DNA from: an uncultured Gammaproteobacteria bacterium
Lineage (GTDB): Bacteria > Patescibacteriota > Patescibacteriia > UBA11705 > JABHMO01
DNA length: 46,166 nt
Reading direction: 5' to 3'
NCBI GenBank assembly: GCA_964565345.1
Contig: CAZMEQ010000007.1
Coordinates: forward strand, 1-46,166
In this document: positions 11,015 to 21,328 of the stretch, in pieces
How positions within the stretch are numbered: the stretch's first letter is position 1
Layout of the letters: the number at the start of each line of letters is the position of its first letter
The notes under the pieces: generated by a model
What the model was told of the DNA's origin: nothing
Databases searched by the model: none
The model's input: only the letters and a program-made list of their open reading frames with translations
Position numbers and translations under genes: made by a program

Positions 11015-14000
11015 TTATTTTGTGTCTCGTTTATCTTCTGTATTTTCATCAATAGCAACTCGACTGCCTTCTTTTAAAAGCTCAACGTCAAGACACAAAC
11101 CTTTTAATTCGCGGATCAACACATTAAATGATTCCGGCACATTCAAACGGCGAATTGGTTCTCCTTTGATAATTGATTCATATGCTTTAGCGCGACCCAA
11201 CACATCATCCGACTTAATAGTCAAAATTTCTTGCAATGTATGTGCTGCACCATAAGCTTCAAGCGCCCACACTTCCATTTCTCCAAAGCGCTGGCCACCA
11301 AACTGAGCCTTACCACCAAGTGGCTGCTGCGTAATTAATGAGTATGGGCCAATCGAACGTTGGTGAATTTTATCCTCAACCATGTGATTTAGTTTGAGTA
11401 TATACTTATAACCGACAGTAATTTTGTGATCAAAATTTTCACCAGTTTTTCCATTAATCAAAGTCAATTGTCCATCAACCGGGTAACCAGCTTTGACTAA
11501 TTCTTCTCGAATGATCTTGGTTGACACACCATTTAAAACTGGAGTAGCTACCTTGTAACCTAACTTATGGGCGGCCAAGCCAAGATGTGTTTCTAAAATT
11601 TGCCCCAAGTTCATACGTGAAGCAATACCCAATGGAGTCAAAATAACATCGATAGTAGTTCCATCTTCCAAGAAAGGCATATCTTCCACCGGCACGATCT
11701 TAGAAATGACACCCTTATTCCCATGACGACCAGCTAATTTATCTCCAACCTGAACTTTACGTAAGTTAGCAACTGTAATTTGAATTGACTTAATAACACC
11801 AGGTGAAAGTTTATCGCCGTTTTCTTGTGAAAAAATTCTGATGTCAACCACCTTACCTTGTTCTCCGTGTTCTAGCCGTAATGAAGTATCACGAACATCG
11901 CGAGCCTTTTCTCCAAAAATCGCTTTTAATAATTTTTCTTCAGCTGATAATTCAGTTTCCCCCTTAGGTGTAATTTTACCGACTAATATATCTCCCGATT
12001 TTACAGTGGCTCCAACACGAACAATACCCTCAGCATCAAGATTCTTTAACTTTTCTTCAGAAATATTAGGAATATCAGCGGTAACAACTTCAGCTCCTAA
12101 CTTTGTATCACGAACATCGATTGTATAATTTTCGATATGGACTGAAGAATAACGATCATTATGCACTAGTTTTTCTGAAATAATAATGGCATCTTCGTAG
12201 TTATAACCTTCCCACGCCATGTATGCAACTAACACGTTTTGGCCCAAGGCTAATTCTCCGTTTTGAACTGAAGGTCCATCAGCAATAACCTGACCCTTTT
12301 TAACCTTATCACCTAAATTTACAATCGGACGTTGGTTAATGCTAGTTGAAGCATTAGAACAAACATATTTATTTAAACGATAGCTCTTAATTTCACCTCT
12401 TTTATTTAATAAATCGATTCGATTCCCTTGGACAGCAACAACCTCACTGTCTTCACTCGCCAAAACCACATGACCAGAGTCACGCGCCGCGACTTCTTCC
12501 ATACCAGTACCGACTATTGGAGAATCAGGATGCACACAAGGCACAGCCTGCCGTTGCATGTTTGTACCCATTAAAGCGCGGGTAGCATCATCATGTTCCA
12601 AGAAGGGTATCATTGAAGTAGCCACACTAACAATTTGATTAGATGAAACGTCCAAATAATCAACAGCGTAATTTGGCTGAATTGTTGGTTGTCCATAATA
12701 ACGAACATCCACCTTATCGCTTAAGAACTTCCCGGTTTCTTCATCAATCTTAGCGTTGAAAGTTGCAGTAATGGTTTTTTCTTCCTTTATAGCATTCAAG
12801 TATTCCACTTCCTGAGTAGCTAGAGTTTCTACATTGCCCATGATATCAGTTGGGAATAATGGAGATTTATCAAGTTCCACGCCAGTAACTGTTTGTCCTT
12901 TTTTAAACAAAACAGCACCCGTGTTAGGATCTTTCAAATCCTTGGTGACTTTATGTGTAACCTTAAAATATGGAGTTTCAATAAAACCGTAATCATTTAT
13001 TCGTGCATAACTTGAAAGATGGCCGACCAAACCAATGTTTGGACCTTCTGGGGTGGCAATAGGACAGATACGACCATAGTGAGTAGTGTGCACATCGCGT
13101 ACATCAAAGCCTGCGCGTTCACGAGACAACCCGCCCGGCCCCATAGCTGAAATACGGCGCTTATGTTCTAGTTCTGAAAGCGGATTTGTTTGGTCCATGA
13201 ACTGTGAAAGCTGAGATGACATGAAAAATTCACGTACTACACCAATAACTGGTCGTGCATTGATCAATTTGGAAGGAGAAAGCGTAGTTGGGTCCATGGT
13301 ACTCATGCGATCCTTAACAATACGTTCCATACGAGCCAAACCAACACGGAATTTATTTTGTACCAATTCACCAACGGCTCTAATTCTGCGGTTACCAAGA
13401 TGATCAATATCATCAGCTGGGTCTTGGCTAATATTTAGTCTGATAATTTCTTTTATAACATTTACTAAATCATCAACTTTTAAAACACGATTTGCTTCAT
13501 CCAAAGGATACTCGTTGTTAAAACGTTGATTCATTTTATAACGACCGACCTTAGCAAAGTCATAACGGTCAAAGTTGAAGAACATTGCATAAATCAATGA
13601 TTTGGCATTATCAGAAGTGGCTAAATCACCTGGTCTGATTCTTTTATAAACTTCGATTAAGCCTTCTTCTTGATTTGCTGCTGCATCTTTAGCTAGGGTA
13701 GCCTCGGTAAAATTAATATCTGGATTTTTTTCAACATCTTTTAGGGCTTCACGAATCTCGGCTTGAGTCATACCAAAAGCTTGCAACAAAGAAGTGGCTG
13801 CTACTTTTCTCTTACGATCAATCTTTACCCAAATTACATTGTTGGAATCAGTTTCAAATTCTAACCAAGCACCGCGATTCGGTATGATTTTCGCTCCATA
13901 AAACACACGATTACGTTCACGGACAAAGTTAGAAGTAAAAAACACACCAGCCGAACGAATAATTTGAGAAACAATAACACGTTCAATGCCATTAATAATA

Positions 14001-14359
14001 AAGGTGCCCCTTTCAGTCATGATTGGGAAATCACACAAAAAGATTTCTTGCGTTTCTTTTTTCTTAGTTTTTGTATTTTTTAAAGTTACTTTAACACGTA
14101 AAGGTGCCTCGTATGTAACATTTTTCTCTTTACTTGTAACTTCATCAAATTTAGGCTCATCCAAATAATAATCATCAAAATATAGTTCTAACCCCTTGTC
14201 CGAAATATCAATAATCGGTGATACTTCCGTAAATAATTCACTTAAGCCTTCTCTCAAAAACCAATCATATGAATGCTTTTGGACTTCTATCAAATCTGGC
14301 AAAGGGAAACGATATGAAGAAGTGAAAAATTTGCGCTTGTACGTTTTAGGGGTTGACAT
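11015..14359 (-). CDS. rpoB: RNA polymerase beta subunit, compact form
   Basis: SQLSQFMDQTNPLSELEHKRR, GDKLAGRHGNK and GGQRFGEME motifs. Confidence 0.99.
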   Translation of the reverse strand: MSTPKTYKRKFFTSSYRFPLPDLIEVQKHSYDWFLREGLSELFTEVSPIIDISDKGLELYFDDYYLDEPKFDEVTSKEKNVTYEAPLRVKVTLKNTKTKKKETQEIFLCDFPIMTERGTFIINGIERVIVSQIIRSAGVFFTSNFVRERNRVFYGAKIIPNRGAWLEFETDSNNVIWVKIDRKRKVAATSLLQAFGMTQAEIREALKDVEKNPDINFTEATLAKDAAANQEEGLIEVYKRIRPGDLATSDNAKSLIYAMFFNFDRYDFAKVGRYKMNQRFNNEYPLDEANRVLKVDDLVNVIKEIIRLNISQDPADDIDHLGNRRIRAVGELVQNKFRVGLARMERIVKDRMSTMDPTTLSPSKLINARPVIGVVREFFMSSQLSQFMDQTNPLSELEHKRRISAMGPGGLSRERAGFDVRDVHTTHYGRICPIATPEGPNIGLVGHLSSYARINDYGFIETPYFKVTHKVTKDLKDPNTGAVLFKKGQTVTGVELDKSPLFPTDIMGNVETLATQEVEYLNAIKEEKTITATFNAKIDEETGKFLSDKVDVRYYGQPTIQPNYAVDYLDVSSNQIVSVATSMIPFLEHDDATRALMGTNMQRQAVPCVHPDSPIVGTGMEEVAARDSGHVVLASEDSEVVAVQGNRIDLLNKRGEIKSYRLNKYVCSNASTSINQRPIVNLGDKVKKGQVIADGPSVQNGELALGQNVLVAYMAWEGYNYEDAIIISEKLVHNDRYSSVHIENYTIDVRDTKLGAEVVTADIPNISEEKLKNLDAEGIVRVGATVKSGDILVGKITPKGETELSAEEKLLKAIFGEKARDVRDTSLRLEHGEQGKVVDIRIFSQENGDKLSPGVIKSIQITVANLRKVQVGDKLAGRHGNKGVISKIVPVEDMPFLEDGTTIDVILTPLGIASRMNLGQILETHLGLAAHKLGYKVATPVLNGVSTKIIREELVKAGYPVDGQLTLINGKTGENFDHKITVGYKYILKLNHMVEDKIHQRSIGPYSLITQQPLGGKAQFGGQRFGEMEVWALEAYGAAHTLQEILTIKSDDVLGRAKAYESIIKGEPIRRLNVPESFNVLIRELKGLCLDVELLKEGSRVAIDENTEDKRDTK

Positions 14360-14534
14360 AAAAAATGTACCTCCTCCCGAATAACGGAACGAGGTTATAG
14401 TAATTTATTTATATAACTTTAGTTGGATGATTCCCTCTAAATTTAGCATTTATTTTGATGAAACCTTTATCCTGCGACCGGCGGTCGTGAGGCAAAGTTT
14501 CCCTTGAGGGTTTAAAAGTTGTTTATACGCCGCA

Positions 14535-14563
14535 ATAATAGCAAGGTTTTCCACCTATGTCAA
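14535..14563 (-). promoter_or_regulatory. sigma70-type promoter of rpoBC
   Basis: TTGACA (14563-14558), 17 nt, TGc TATTAT (14540-14535). Confidence 0.7.
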
Positions 14564-14595
14564 GTTTTTTGTGGATATTCAAGAACTTGAAAAAA

Positions 14596-15909
14596 TTAGC
14601 TAATTTTAGTTGCTTTTAGAAGCTTACGAATAATGGCTCTATCATCCCAGGGAATATACTTCCCGCCATTAACAGCCATTGCCTGTTCTGAACCCTTTCC
14701 TGTAACCAATACTAAATCGCCATTTTTTGCTAAATTTAAAGCTTTTAATATAGCCTCTTGACGATCTACAATTTTATACAAATCTTGATTCAAAACCTTT
14801 CCGACTTCTAACGCCCCGGACGCGACTTGATCGATTATTAAACTCGGGTCATCGTCATACGGATCTTCATTAGTAACAATGGCAACATTGGCTTTTTGAC
14901 CTACCAACCGACCAAGAATTGGACGTCTGGCCACATCACGACCGCCGCCACACGAACCAAAGACATGAATAATTTTATTTTTTTGCATTAAATCAATTGT
15001 TTCGTACATTTTTTGCATGGAATATGGTTCAGGGCAATAATCTACCAAAACAGTAAAATTTTGTCCTTCATTAATAAGCTCCATCCTACCCGGGACAACA
15101 GGAACTGACTCCAACCCCTGTTTAATTTTTTGTAATTCAATTCCTTCTTCTAAAGCAACTGTAACAGCGGCTAAGGCATTATAAACATTGAAACCTCCCA
15201 ATAACTTAAGATTAATCTTTGTCTGTCCGACATTAAAGCTTGTGCCTGAATTAGTGACCTGAATATCATTAGCAAAAAGACTCCCTGAATGATCATGATT
15301 GCTATAAGTCAATTTTTTATCAGCTGAGAAACTTAAAAAATAGGCCGAATGTTCATCATCCATATTAGCTACAATAGCCTTTTTGATTTCCTTCCCCTCG
15401 ATATTTTTATGTGGTTGACTCATTAAATGTTTGAATAATTCGCCCTTAGCATTCTTATAATTTTCAAAACCACCATGGGCCTCTATATGTTCCGGTGTTA
15501 AATTTGTAAAAACAACATAGTCATAATTAATTCCCAAATGTCTAAACTGAACGATTCCTTGTGAAGAGGTTTCGATAACTGCATAGCGACAGCCAGACTC
15601 AACCATTTGCTTTAATAATTTTTGCAATTGGAAACGACCTAGCATGGTCATTTTCTTATTATTTAACCATTCTTTCTCCGCCACCTTAAAGTTAACTGTC
15701 GAAGTTAACCCAACTTTATAACCGCCAGCTTCTAAGGCCTTAGCGATTAAATTAACAGTCGTCGATTTTCCATTAGTTCCAGTAACGCCAACCACAATCA
15801 TCTTGTCACTTGGATTACCATATATAAGGGATGCAAAAACAGCTAAATATTTATGATATAAATTAATTAAATTTTCTGGGATAAATTTACGCATTAACGC
15901 TTTAAGCAT
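14596..15909 (-). CDS. murE: Mur ligase, MurE-like UDP-MurNAc-dipeptide amino acid ligase
   Basis: GVTGTNGKST P-loop, ETSSQG, FTNLTPEH and VPGRME motifs, C-terminal GKGSE. Confidence 0.85.
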   Translation of the reverse strand: MLKALMRKFIPENLINLYHKYLAVFASLIYGNPSDKMIVVGVTGTNGKSTTVNLIAKALEAGGYKVGLTSTVNFKVAEKEWLNNKKMTMLGRFQLQKLLKQMVESGCRYAVIETSSQGIVQFRHLGINYDYVVFTNLTPEHIEAHGGFENYKNAKGELFKHLMSQPHKNIEGKEIKKAIVANMDDEHSAYFLSFSADKKLTYSNHDHSGSLFANDIQVTNSGTSFNVGQTKINLKLLGGFNVYNALAAVTVALEEGIELQKIKQGLESVPVVPGRMELINEGQNFTVLVDYCPEPYSMQKMYETIDLMQKNKIIHVFGSCGGGRDVARRPILGRLVGQKANVAIVTNEDPYDDDPSLIIDQVASGALEVGKVLNQDLYKIVDRQEAILKALNLAKNGDLVLVTGKGSEQAMAVNGGKYIPWDDRAIIRKLLKATKIS

Positions 15910-15977
15910 ATTTTTAATAAGGTTTATTCTTAAACAGCATATCTGTTACGAAGTATTTTTTCAAGCAATGACTTCCT

Positions 15978-16006
15978 TTGACAAATTTGATACAATCCAT
16001 TAATCT
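15978..16006 (+). promoter_or_regulatory. Probable sigma70 promoter for rbfA-nrnA
   Basis: TTGACA, 17 nt, TAATCT, 19 nt before the rbfA ATG. Confidence 0.5.
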
Positions 16007-16025
16007 AACAAGCTAAACTAAAAAT

Positions 16026-16355
16026 ATGTCAGAAAGAATGCCCCATGTTAATGAACGTATCCAGTTGGTGCTAGCCGAGGTGCTTTCCAAAGAAGCCGAA
16101 ATACCTTCTGATTTTTTTGTTTCTGTAGTAAAAGTAAAATGTGCGCCCAACCTAAAGAATGCCTGTGTTTTTCTAAGTATTTTCCCATTCGCTAAAGCTC
16201 AGGAAGGCTTGGAATTTATTAACAAAAACAAAAAGCGCATTCAAGGTTTATTTGGTGAGAAAGTTAATTTAAAATTCACTCCAATACTTGAATATCGTCT
16301 CGATGACACCGAAGAAATGACCGATAATATTTATCGTATAATAGATCATTTATGA
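16026..16355 (+). CDS. rbfA: Ribosome-binding factor A
   Basis: Size and pattern (ER..RVNERIQ, V.C.PNLK.A.VF, LKFTP.L.Y..D) of the RbfA KH fold; followed by a DHH gene as in the common rbfA-nrnA order. Confidence 0.85.
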   Translation: MSERMPHVNERIQLVLAEVLSKEAEIPSDFFVSVVKVKCAPNLKNACVFLSIFPFAKAQEGLEFINKNKKRIQGLFGEKVNLKFTPILEYRLDDTEEMTDNIYRIIDHL

Positions 16356-17302
16356 CCTCCTATCCGGCTGTTCTGGAAAAAATAAAATTAAGTTATAACA
16401 TCTTAATTATTTGCCACGAAAATCCTGACCCAGACACAATTGGAGCTGGTGGCGCGCTTCTTTATTACATAGAAGAAACTTATCCTTCTAAAAATGTCTT
16501 AATGGCCAGCGTCGATGCTTTACCACAGGATCTTTTTTTTCTCGGTATTCAAAAATTTTCTTCGGCCCTAGAAAATATTGATTTAAATAAATTTGATTTG
16601 GTAATTGCTGTTGATTGTGGCGAGCCACGAAGGACTGGAATACACCAAAAACTGGAGCTCATCAAAGATAAAATTTGTTTAATCAATATTGACCATCACG
16701 ACTCCAATAAAGGCTTCGGCGACATTAATATTGTAGAGATTGTTTCTTCGACTTGTGAAATTATTTATCGCCTTTTAAAATCACAAGGCATTACCATCAA
16801 TAAAAAGATTAGCACCTGTTTGTTGACTGGACTTACCTTCGATACTGCTTACTTCACTAATTCCGGAACAACTAAGGAATCGTTGGCCATTGCTTCAGAG
16901 CTTATGATGACAGCCGCGGATATTCGCTCCATTGTGCGCCACACTTTGAAAAATAAGACTAGAGACACGCTAAGACTGTGGGGCGAAGTTCTTAATCAAA
17001 TACATTACAACAGTAAATATCAAATTGCAGTAGCCGTTATTCCCAAAAACACTGAAATAAGTTCCGAGGTTTTTGATGACTTAAAAAATTATTATCTCCA
17101 ATATCTGCAAGAAGCAAAATTCATTATTGTTTTGCGTGAAGCTGCTGATGGTAAAATACATTGCAGTCTGCGCACCACCAGAAACGAGGTTAATGTGGCA
17201 AAATTAGCTGAAAAATTTGGTGGCGGTGGACACATTAAGTCGGCTGGCTTTTCCTTCTTTGGATCTCTTGAAAAAACAGCCACTGGTTGGCGCGTAAAAT
17301 AA
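16352..17302 (+). CDS. nrnA: DHH/DHHA1 phosphoesterase (nanoRNase/pAp phosphatase)
   Basis: HENPDPD, VDCG, IDHH and GGGH motifs. Confidence 0.85.
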   Translation: MTSYPAVLEKIKLSYNILIICHENPDPDTIGAGGALLYYIEETYPSKNVLMASVDALPQDLFFLGIQKFSSALENIDLNKFDLVIAVDCGEPRRTGIHQKLELIKDKICLINIDHHDSNKGFGDINIVEIVSSTCEIIYRLLKSQGITINKKISTCLLTGLTFDTAYFTNSGTTKESLAIASELMMTAADIRSIVRHTLKNKTRDTLRLWGEVLNQIHYNSKYQIAVAVIPKNTEISSEVFDDLKNYYLQYLQEAKFIIVLREAADGKIHCSLRTTRNEVNVAKLAEKFGGGGHIKSAGFSFFGSLEKTATGWRVK

Positions 17303-17387
17303 AAATGTACGGCCGCACGTGCGTGCGTAGGGACGGGTCACGACCCGGCCCTACAATGCAAATGCATTGTCCGTACATTTTTTATTT
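17298..17387. repeat. Composite palindromic repeat, copy 1 (four-way junction with central GTAG...CTAC hairpin)
   Basis: AAAAATGTACGG/CCGTACATTTTT outer stem, GCACG/CGTGC arm, GTAGGG.CGGGTC/GACCCG.CCCTAC arm, AATGC/GCATT arm. Homologous to 41709-41800. Confidence 0.85.
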
Positions 17388-17393
17388 GAAGCC

Positions 17394-19913
17394 TTACTTT
17401 TCCTCTGCTTCTTGGACCAGCGAGATACTGGCCACCTTATCGCCTGCGGCACGTAACCGCATCAATCGGACACCCTGGGTGTCACGGCCTAAAACGCTAA
17501 TGCTCTTAAATGGCAAACGAATTACTTGGCCTTTTTCCGAAATCACAATTACATCTTGATCAGAGCGTTCGCCCGCATCAACCATAAAGCCATTAACAAC
17601 CTTGCCTGTTTTGGCAGAAACTTTAGCCGTTCTAACACCGCTACCACCACGATTTTGTACTTTATAATATTTTAATTCACTGCGCTTACCATAACCCAAT
17701 TCAGTAATAACTAAAACTTGAAGATTTTTATTACTTGGATCAATAATACCCATACCCACAACTTCACCCTTACCTTTTATTTTGATACCACGAACGCCAG
17801 AGGCAGAGCGTCCCATTGGGCGAACCGCAGATTCTTTAAAGCGAATTGATTGGCCATTGTCTGTTATTAAACTAATTTCCTGCTTACCATTAGTTGCACC
17901 AACCCAACGCAATTTATCATCGCTCTTCAATTTAATTGCGATTAAGCCAGAACGACGGACATTAGAAAAATCTTCAATCGGCGTTTTCTTTATTACACCC
18001 TTCTCTGTAACCATTACTAGATTTTTTATTTCCGTAAGACTGTCAGAAGCCAACACAGTTGATACTTTTTCTAATTGCCCCAATTGAAGGAAATTTACTA
18101 GCGCTTGTCCTTTAGCCGTTCTAGACGCAACTGGGATATCGTACGCCTTCAAAAGAAATACTCGCCCTAAAGTCGTAAAGAACATTAAATCATTATGAGT
18201 CATGGTGCTAAAAAACTGTTCAACTACATCTTCTTCTTTTGTGGTTAGCCCAATAACCCCCTTGCCACCTCGTTTTTGTGCTTTAAAGGTATCAATTGGC
18301 ATTCTCTTAATATAACCATCCTTAGTGATGATGACTAACGTTGGTTCGTTTGGCACTAAATCCTCCTGGGAAAATTCACCAACAGCACCCTTGATAATTT
18401 TTGTACGCCGTTCGTCGCCAAACTTATCACGGATATCTTCTAGCTCTTCTTTTATTACACCTAGAATCTTCTTTTCTGATGCTAACAAGGCATTAAGATC
18501 CTTAATAATCTGCTGTTTTTCTTTTAATTCATTATCAATTTTGAGTTTCTCTAAGTTTGCTAGGTTTTGTAGTCGCATTTCAAGAATAGCCACGGCCTGA
18601 ACCTCAGTAAATTTAAATTTCTTCATTAAATTTTGCTTTGCTTCTTCTCTGTCCTTAGATTGCTTAATAATTTTAATAACCGCATCGATGTTGTCGATTG
18701 CTTTTTGCAAACCCTCTAAAATATGTGCTCGTTCGGCTGCTTTGCGCAATTCATATTCAGCTCGACGTCGTACTACTTCCTGACGATGTTTAACAAAATA
18801 AACGATAATGTCTTTTATATTTAAAACACGTGGCTGCAAACCATCAACCAAAGCCAACATATTTACATCGAAGTTAGACTGTAATTGAGTCAACTTAAAT
18901 AAACGATTCAAAACTTTTTTCGGGTATGCTTCTCGTTTTAAGTCAATCACAATTCGCACTCCATCTTTATCTGATTCATCACGGACATCACGGATACCTT
19001 CTAACTTTTTCAATTTAACTAACTCGGCGATTTTTTCTAACAAAGCAGCCTTGTTTATTTGATAAGGGACTTCATTAACAATAATTTGAAAATTGCCGGC
19101 TTTATTCTCAACGATATCAGTCTTAGCCCGCATGACAATCTTCCCCTTACCAGTTGTATAGGCCTGCTTAATTTCTTCAGCATTATAAATGATACCTCCA
19201 GTTGGGAAGTCTGGACCAGGAATAATTTTGATCAATTCTTCGATTTCGCAATCCGGATTTTCAATATAATGCACAATACCATTACACAACTCAGTTAAGT
19301 TATGTGGTGGAATCTTTGTTGCCATACCAACAGCAATACCCATGGTACCACTTAGCAACAAGTTAGGGAGTTTTGATGGAAGAACCTTGGGCTCTTTATG
19401 CGAACCATCATAGTTTGGGATAAAATCAACCGTATCTTTTTCTAAATCAAAAAGCATTTCTTCGGCAATTGCAGACAACTTTGCTTCCGTATAACGCATA
19501 GCAGCTGCTCCATCACCATCCATAGACCCAAAGTTACCTTGGCCATTAACGAGTGGGTAACGCATCGAAAAATTTTGTGCCATACGCACCATACTGTCAT
19601 AAACAGCCTGATCTCCATGAGGATGATATTTACCTAACACCTCACCGACAACAGTCGCTGATTTTCGGTATTTAGCATTAGCCTTTAACCCCACGTTCCA
19701 CATTGCATAAAGAATACGGCGATGCACTGGTTTCAAGCCATCTCTAACATCTGGTAAGGCACGAGCCACAATTACAGACATGGCATAATCAATGTAGCTG
19801 CTTTGCATTTCGTCCACAATAGAAACCCCACGTACCTTATCGTGTGATTCATCTTTGGGATCGTTATTCTCATTCTTGCTAATTGGTTTTCGGATCAATT
19901 TTCTTGCTTTCAT
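17394..19913 (-). CDS. gyrA: DNA gyrase subunit A
   Basis: [29 protein letters not shown] catalytic Tyr, GyrA-box QKRGGKG and beta-pinwheel repeats. Confidence 0.98.
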   Translation of the reverse strand: MKARKLIRKPISKNENNDPKDESHDKVRGVSIVDEMQSSYIDYAMSVIVARALPDVRDGLKPVHRRILYAMWNVGLKANAKYRKSATVVGEVLGKYHPHGDQAVYDSMVRMAQNFSMRYPLVNGQGNFGSMDGDGAAAMRYTEAKLSAIAEEMLFDLEKDTVDFIPNYDGSHKEPKVLPSKLPNLLLSGTMGIAVGMATKIPPHNLTELCNGIVHYIENPDCEIEELIKIIPGPDFPTGGIIYNAEEIKQAYTTGKGKIVMRAKTDIVENKAGNFQIIVNEVPYQINKAALLEKIAELVKLKKLEGIRDVRDESDKDGVRIVIDLKREAYPKKVLNRLFKLTQLQSNFDVNMLALVDGLQPRVLNIKDIIVYFVKHRQEVVRRRAEYELRKAAERAHILEGLQKAIDNIDAVIKIIKQSKDREEAKQNLMKKFKFTEVQAVAILEMRLQNLANLEKLKIDNELKEKQQIIKDLNALLASEKKILGVIKEELEDIRDKFGDERRTKIIKGAVGEFSQEDLVPNEPTLVIITKDGYIKRMPIDTFKAQKRGGKGVIGLTTKEEDVVEQFFSTMTHNDLMFFTTLGRVFLLKAYDIPVASRTAKGQALVNFLQLGQLEKVSTVLASDSLTEIKNLVMVTEKGVIKKTPIEDFSNVRRSGLIAIKLKSDDKLRWVGATNGKQEISLITDNGQSIRFKESAVRPMGRSASGVRGIKIKGKGEVVGMGIIDPSNKNLQVLVITELGYGKRSELKYYKVQNRGGSGVRTAKVSAKTGKVVNGFMVDAGERSDQDVIVISEKGQVIRLPFKSISVLGRDTQGVRLMRLRAAGDKVASISLVQEAEEK

Positions 19914-19950
19914 AGTAAAAAATTTCTGAGGACTTTATTGACAAGATGAA

Positions 19951-20298
19951 TTATTTTACTGGAGTATCTGCTTTCACATTATTATCTGGCTCATTATCTT
20001 TAGCCTCGACTTTTCCTTCTTCGACTAAGCCTAAATCCGTAGCTAAAGTTGTTGCATCCTCCTTCATATTTATTTCTTCGTCAGTTTGTTTGATGAACTT
20101 TTGCACCTGCTCAAATGAATCCATAACTTCTTGCTGCGCTTCTTCAAAAGTTTTATTAACATTACTGTCCATTTCAGAATTCGTCTTAGCAAAATTTGCC
20201 CTTAAAGTAACAAACCAACCCACAAAAATTATCCCGGCAGTCAAAAACACACATAACCATAACACTAAATATTTTGAATCTGATTCTTTTCCCCCCAT
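19951..20298 (-). CDS. Small single-TM hypothetical protein with acidic coiled-coil tail
   Basis: 115-aa ORF, one hydrophobic helix at the N-terminus, co-oriented with its neighbours. Confidence 0.65.
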   Translation of the reverse strand: MGGKESDSKYLVLWLCVFLTAGIIFVGWFVTLRANFAKTNSEMDSNVNKTFEEAQQEVMDSFEQVQKFIKQTDEEINMKEDATTLATDLGLVEEGKVEAKDNEPDNNVKADTPVK

Positions 20299-20403
20299 AT
20301 TTTTAATTACGAATAAAACTTTTTTTGACGTTACGAATCACCTTTATTGGGATCGAATCTTTACCGTAATTCGTAAATTCAAAGATGTAATTATTCGTAC
20401 TCT

Positions 20404-21063
20404 TTATTCTTTTTCTAATATTATTAATTTTGTTTCTTCTGAAGGTAAATCCTTTTTCTGAAACTTGAATTTGGCCATTTTTTCTCCATTAGATCCCATT
20501 TCCTTACAAAAAGCATCAACGCCCTTGATGTCAATATTCAAGCCCGGCACCTTATAGTGCATAGGAATCACAATGCGCGGTTCTATTTGACGAACTACTT
20601 CCGCTGCTTCCTTAGCATCTAACGTCCAGGTCCCACCAACAGGGATCAACAAAACATCAACCTCACCAATTTTTTCTAATTGAGCTTCAGATAATGTTGT
20701 TGCTAAATCACCACAATGTAATATACATAAATCATCTGTCTCTATTTTGTACATTGTTGATTTACCAAATTTTGCCCCCTCTTCTTTATCATGATAACAA
20801 CCAATTCCAGTAACAAACATCCCACGGAATTCATACTCGCCCGGCCTATCAACAACAAAAGGCGGCTTATTTTCCATGCCAATAATCCCTTCCACATAAT
20901 TATGATCATGATGGTCATGACTAACAGTAACTATATCCGCTTTAGTTTTAGGTAATCGCAACCCAGTTTCTTTATCATACGGGTCTGTCACCAGCACAAC
21001 AGGCACTCCATTAATTTTTTCTTCAATTTCGAAGCACGAATGTCCTAACGAGGTAATGTTCAT
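20404..21063 (-). CDS. Metallo-beta-lactamase-fold hydrolase (short Zn-dependent hydrolase)
   Basis: MNITSLGHSCF start, TDPY, SHDHHDH, HCGDL, IPVGG and IPMHY motifs. ATG at 21063 is preferred over the track start at 21111. Confidence 0.85.
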   Translation of the reverse strand: MNITSLGHSCFEIEEKINGVPVVLVTDPYDKETGLRLPKTKADIVTVSHDHHDHNYVEGIIGMENKPPFVVDRPGEYEFRGMFVTGIGCYHDKEEGAKFGKSTMYKIETDDLCILHCGDLATTLSEAQLEKIGEVDVLLIPVGGTWTLDAKEAAEVVRQIEPRIVIPMHYKVPGLNIDIKGVDAFCKEMGSNGEKMAKFKFQKKDLPSEETKLIILEKE

Positions 21064-21244
21064 ATCTATATTATAAATTATGAGTAAAGAAGAAAGAAGT
21101 ACGAAAGTCACAAAGTCAAACCGCCAATTATTTTCTATTCATTATCCTCTATTCCCTATTATTTTACATTAACTTGAATCGTATCTAAGCAAGACAATTT
21201 TATCATCTTTTATATAATAAGTAAACGCAAATCTGGGCTTAATC

Positions 21245-21273
21245 TTGACAAATTACAACTTTCCTAATAATAT
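21245..21273 (+). promoter_or_regulatory. sigma70-type promoter of rpsA
   Basis: TTGACA, 17 nt, TAATAT. Confidence 0.6.
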
Positions 21274-21328
21274 TTAGTTGCAGATTAACCATAGTTGATC
21301 TGACATTTTTGAAAGGAGTCATTTAACA

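Noticed and set aside
13150-13220. Rifampicin-resistance substitutions in RpoB
   Set aside because: The key cluster I residues equivalent to D516, H526 and S531 are wild type.
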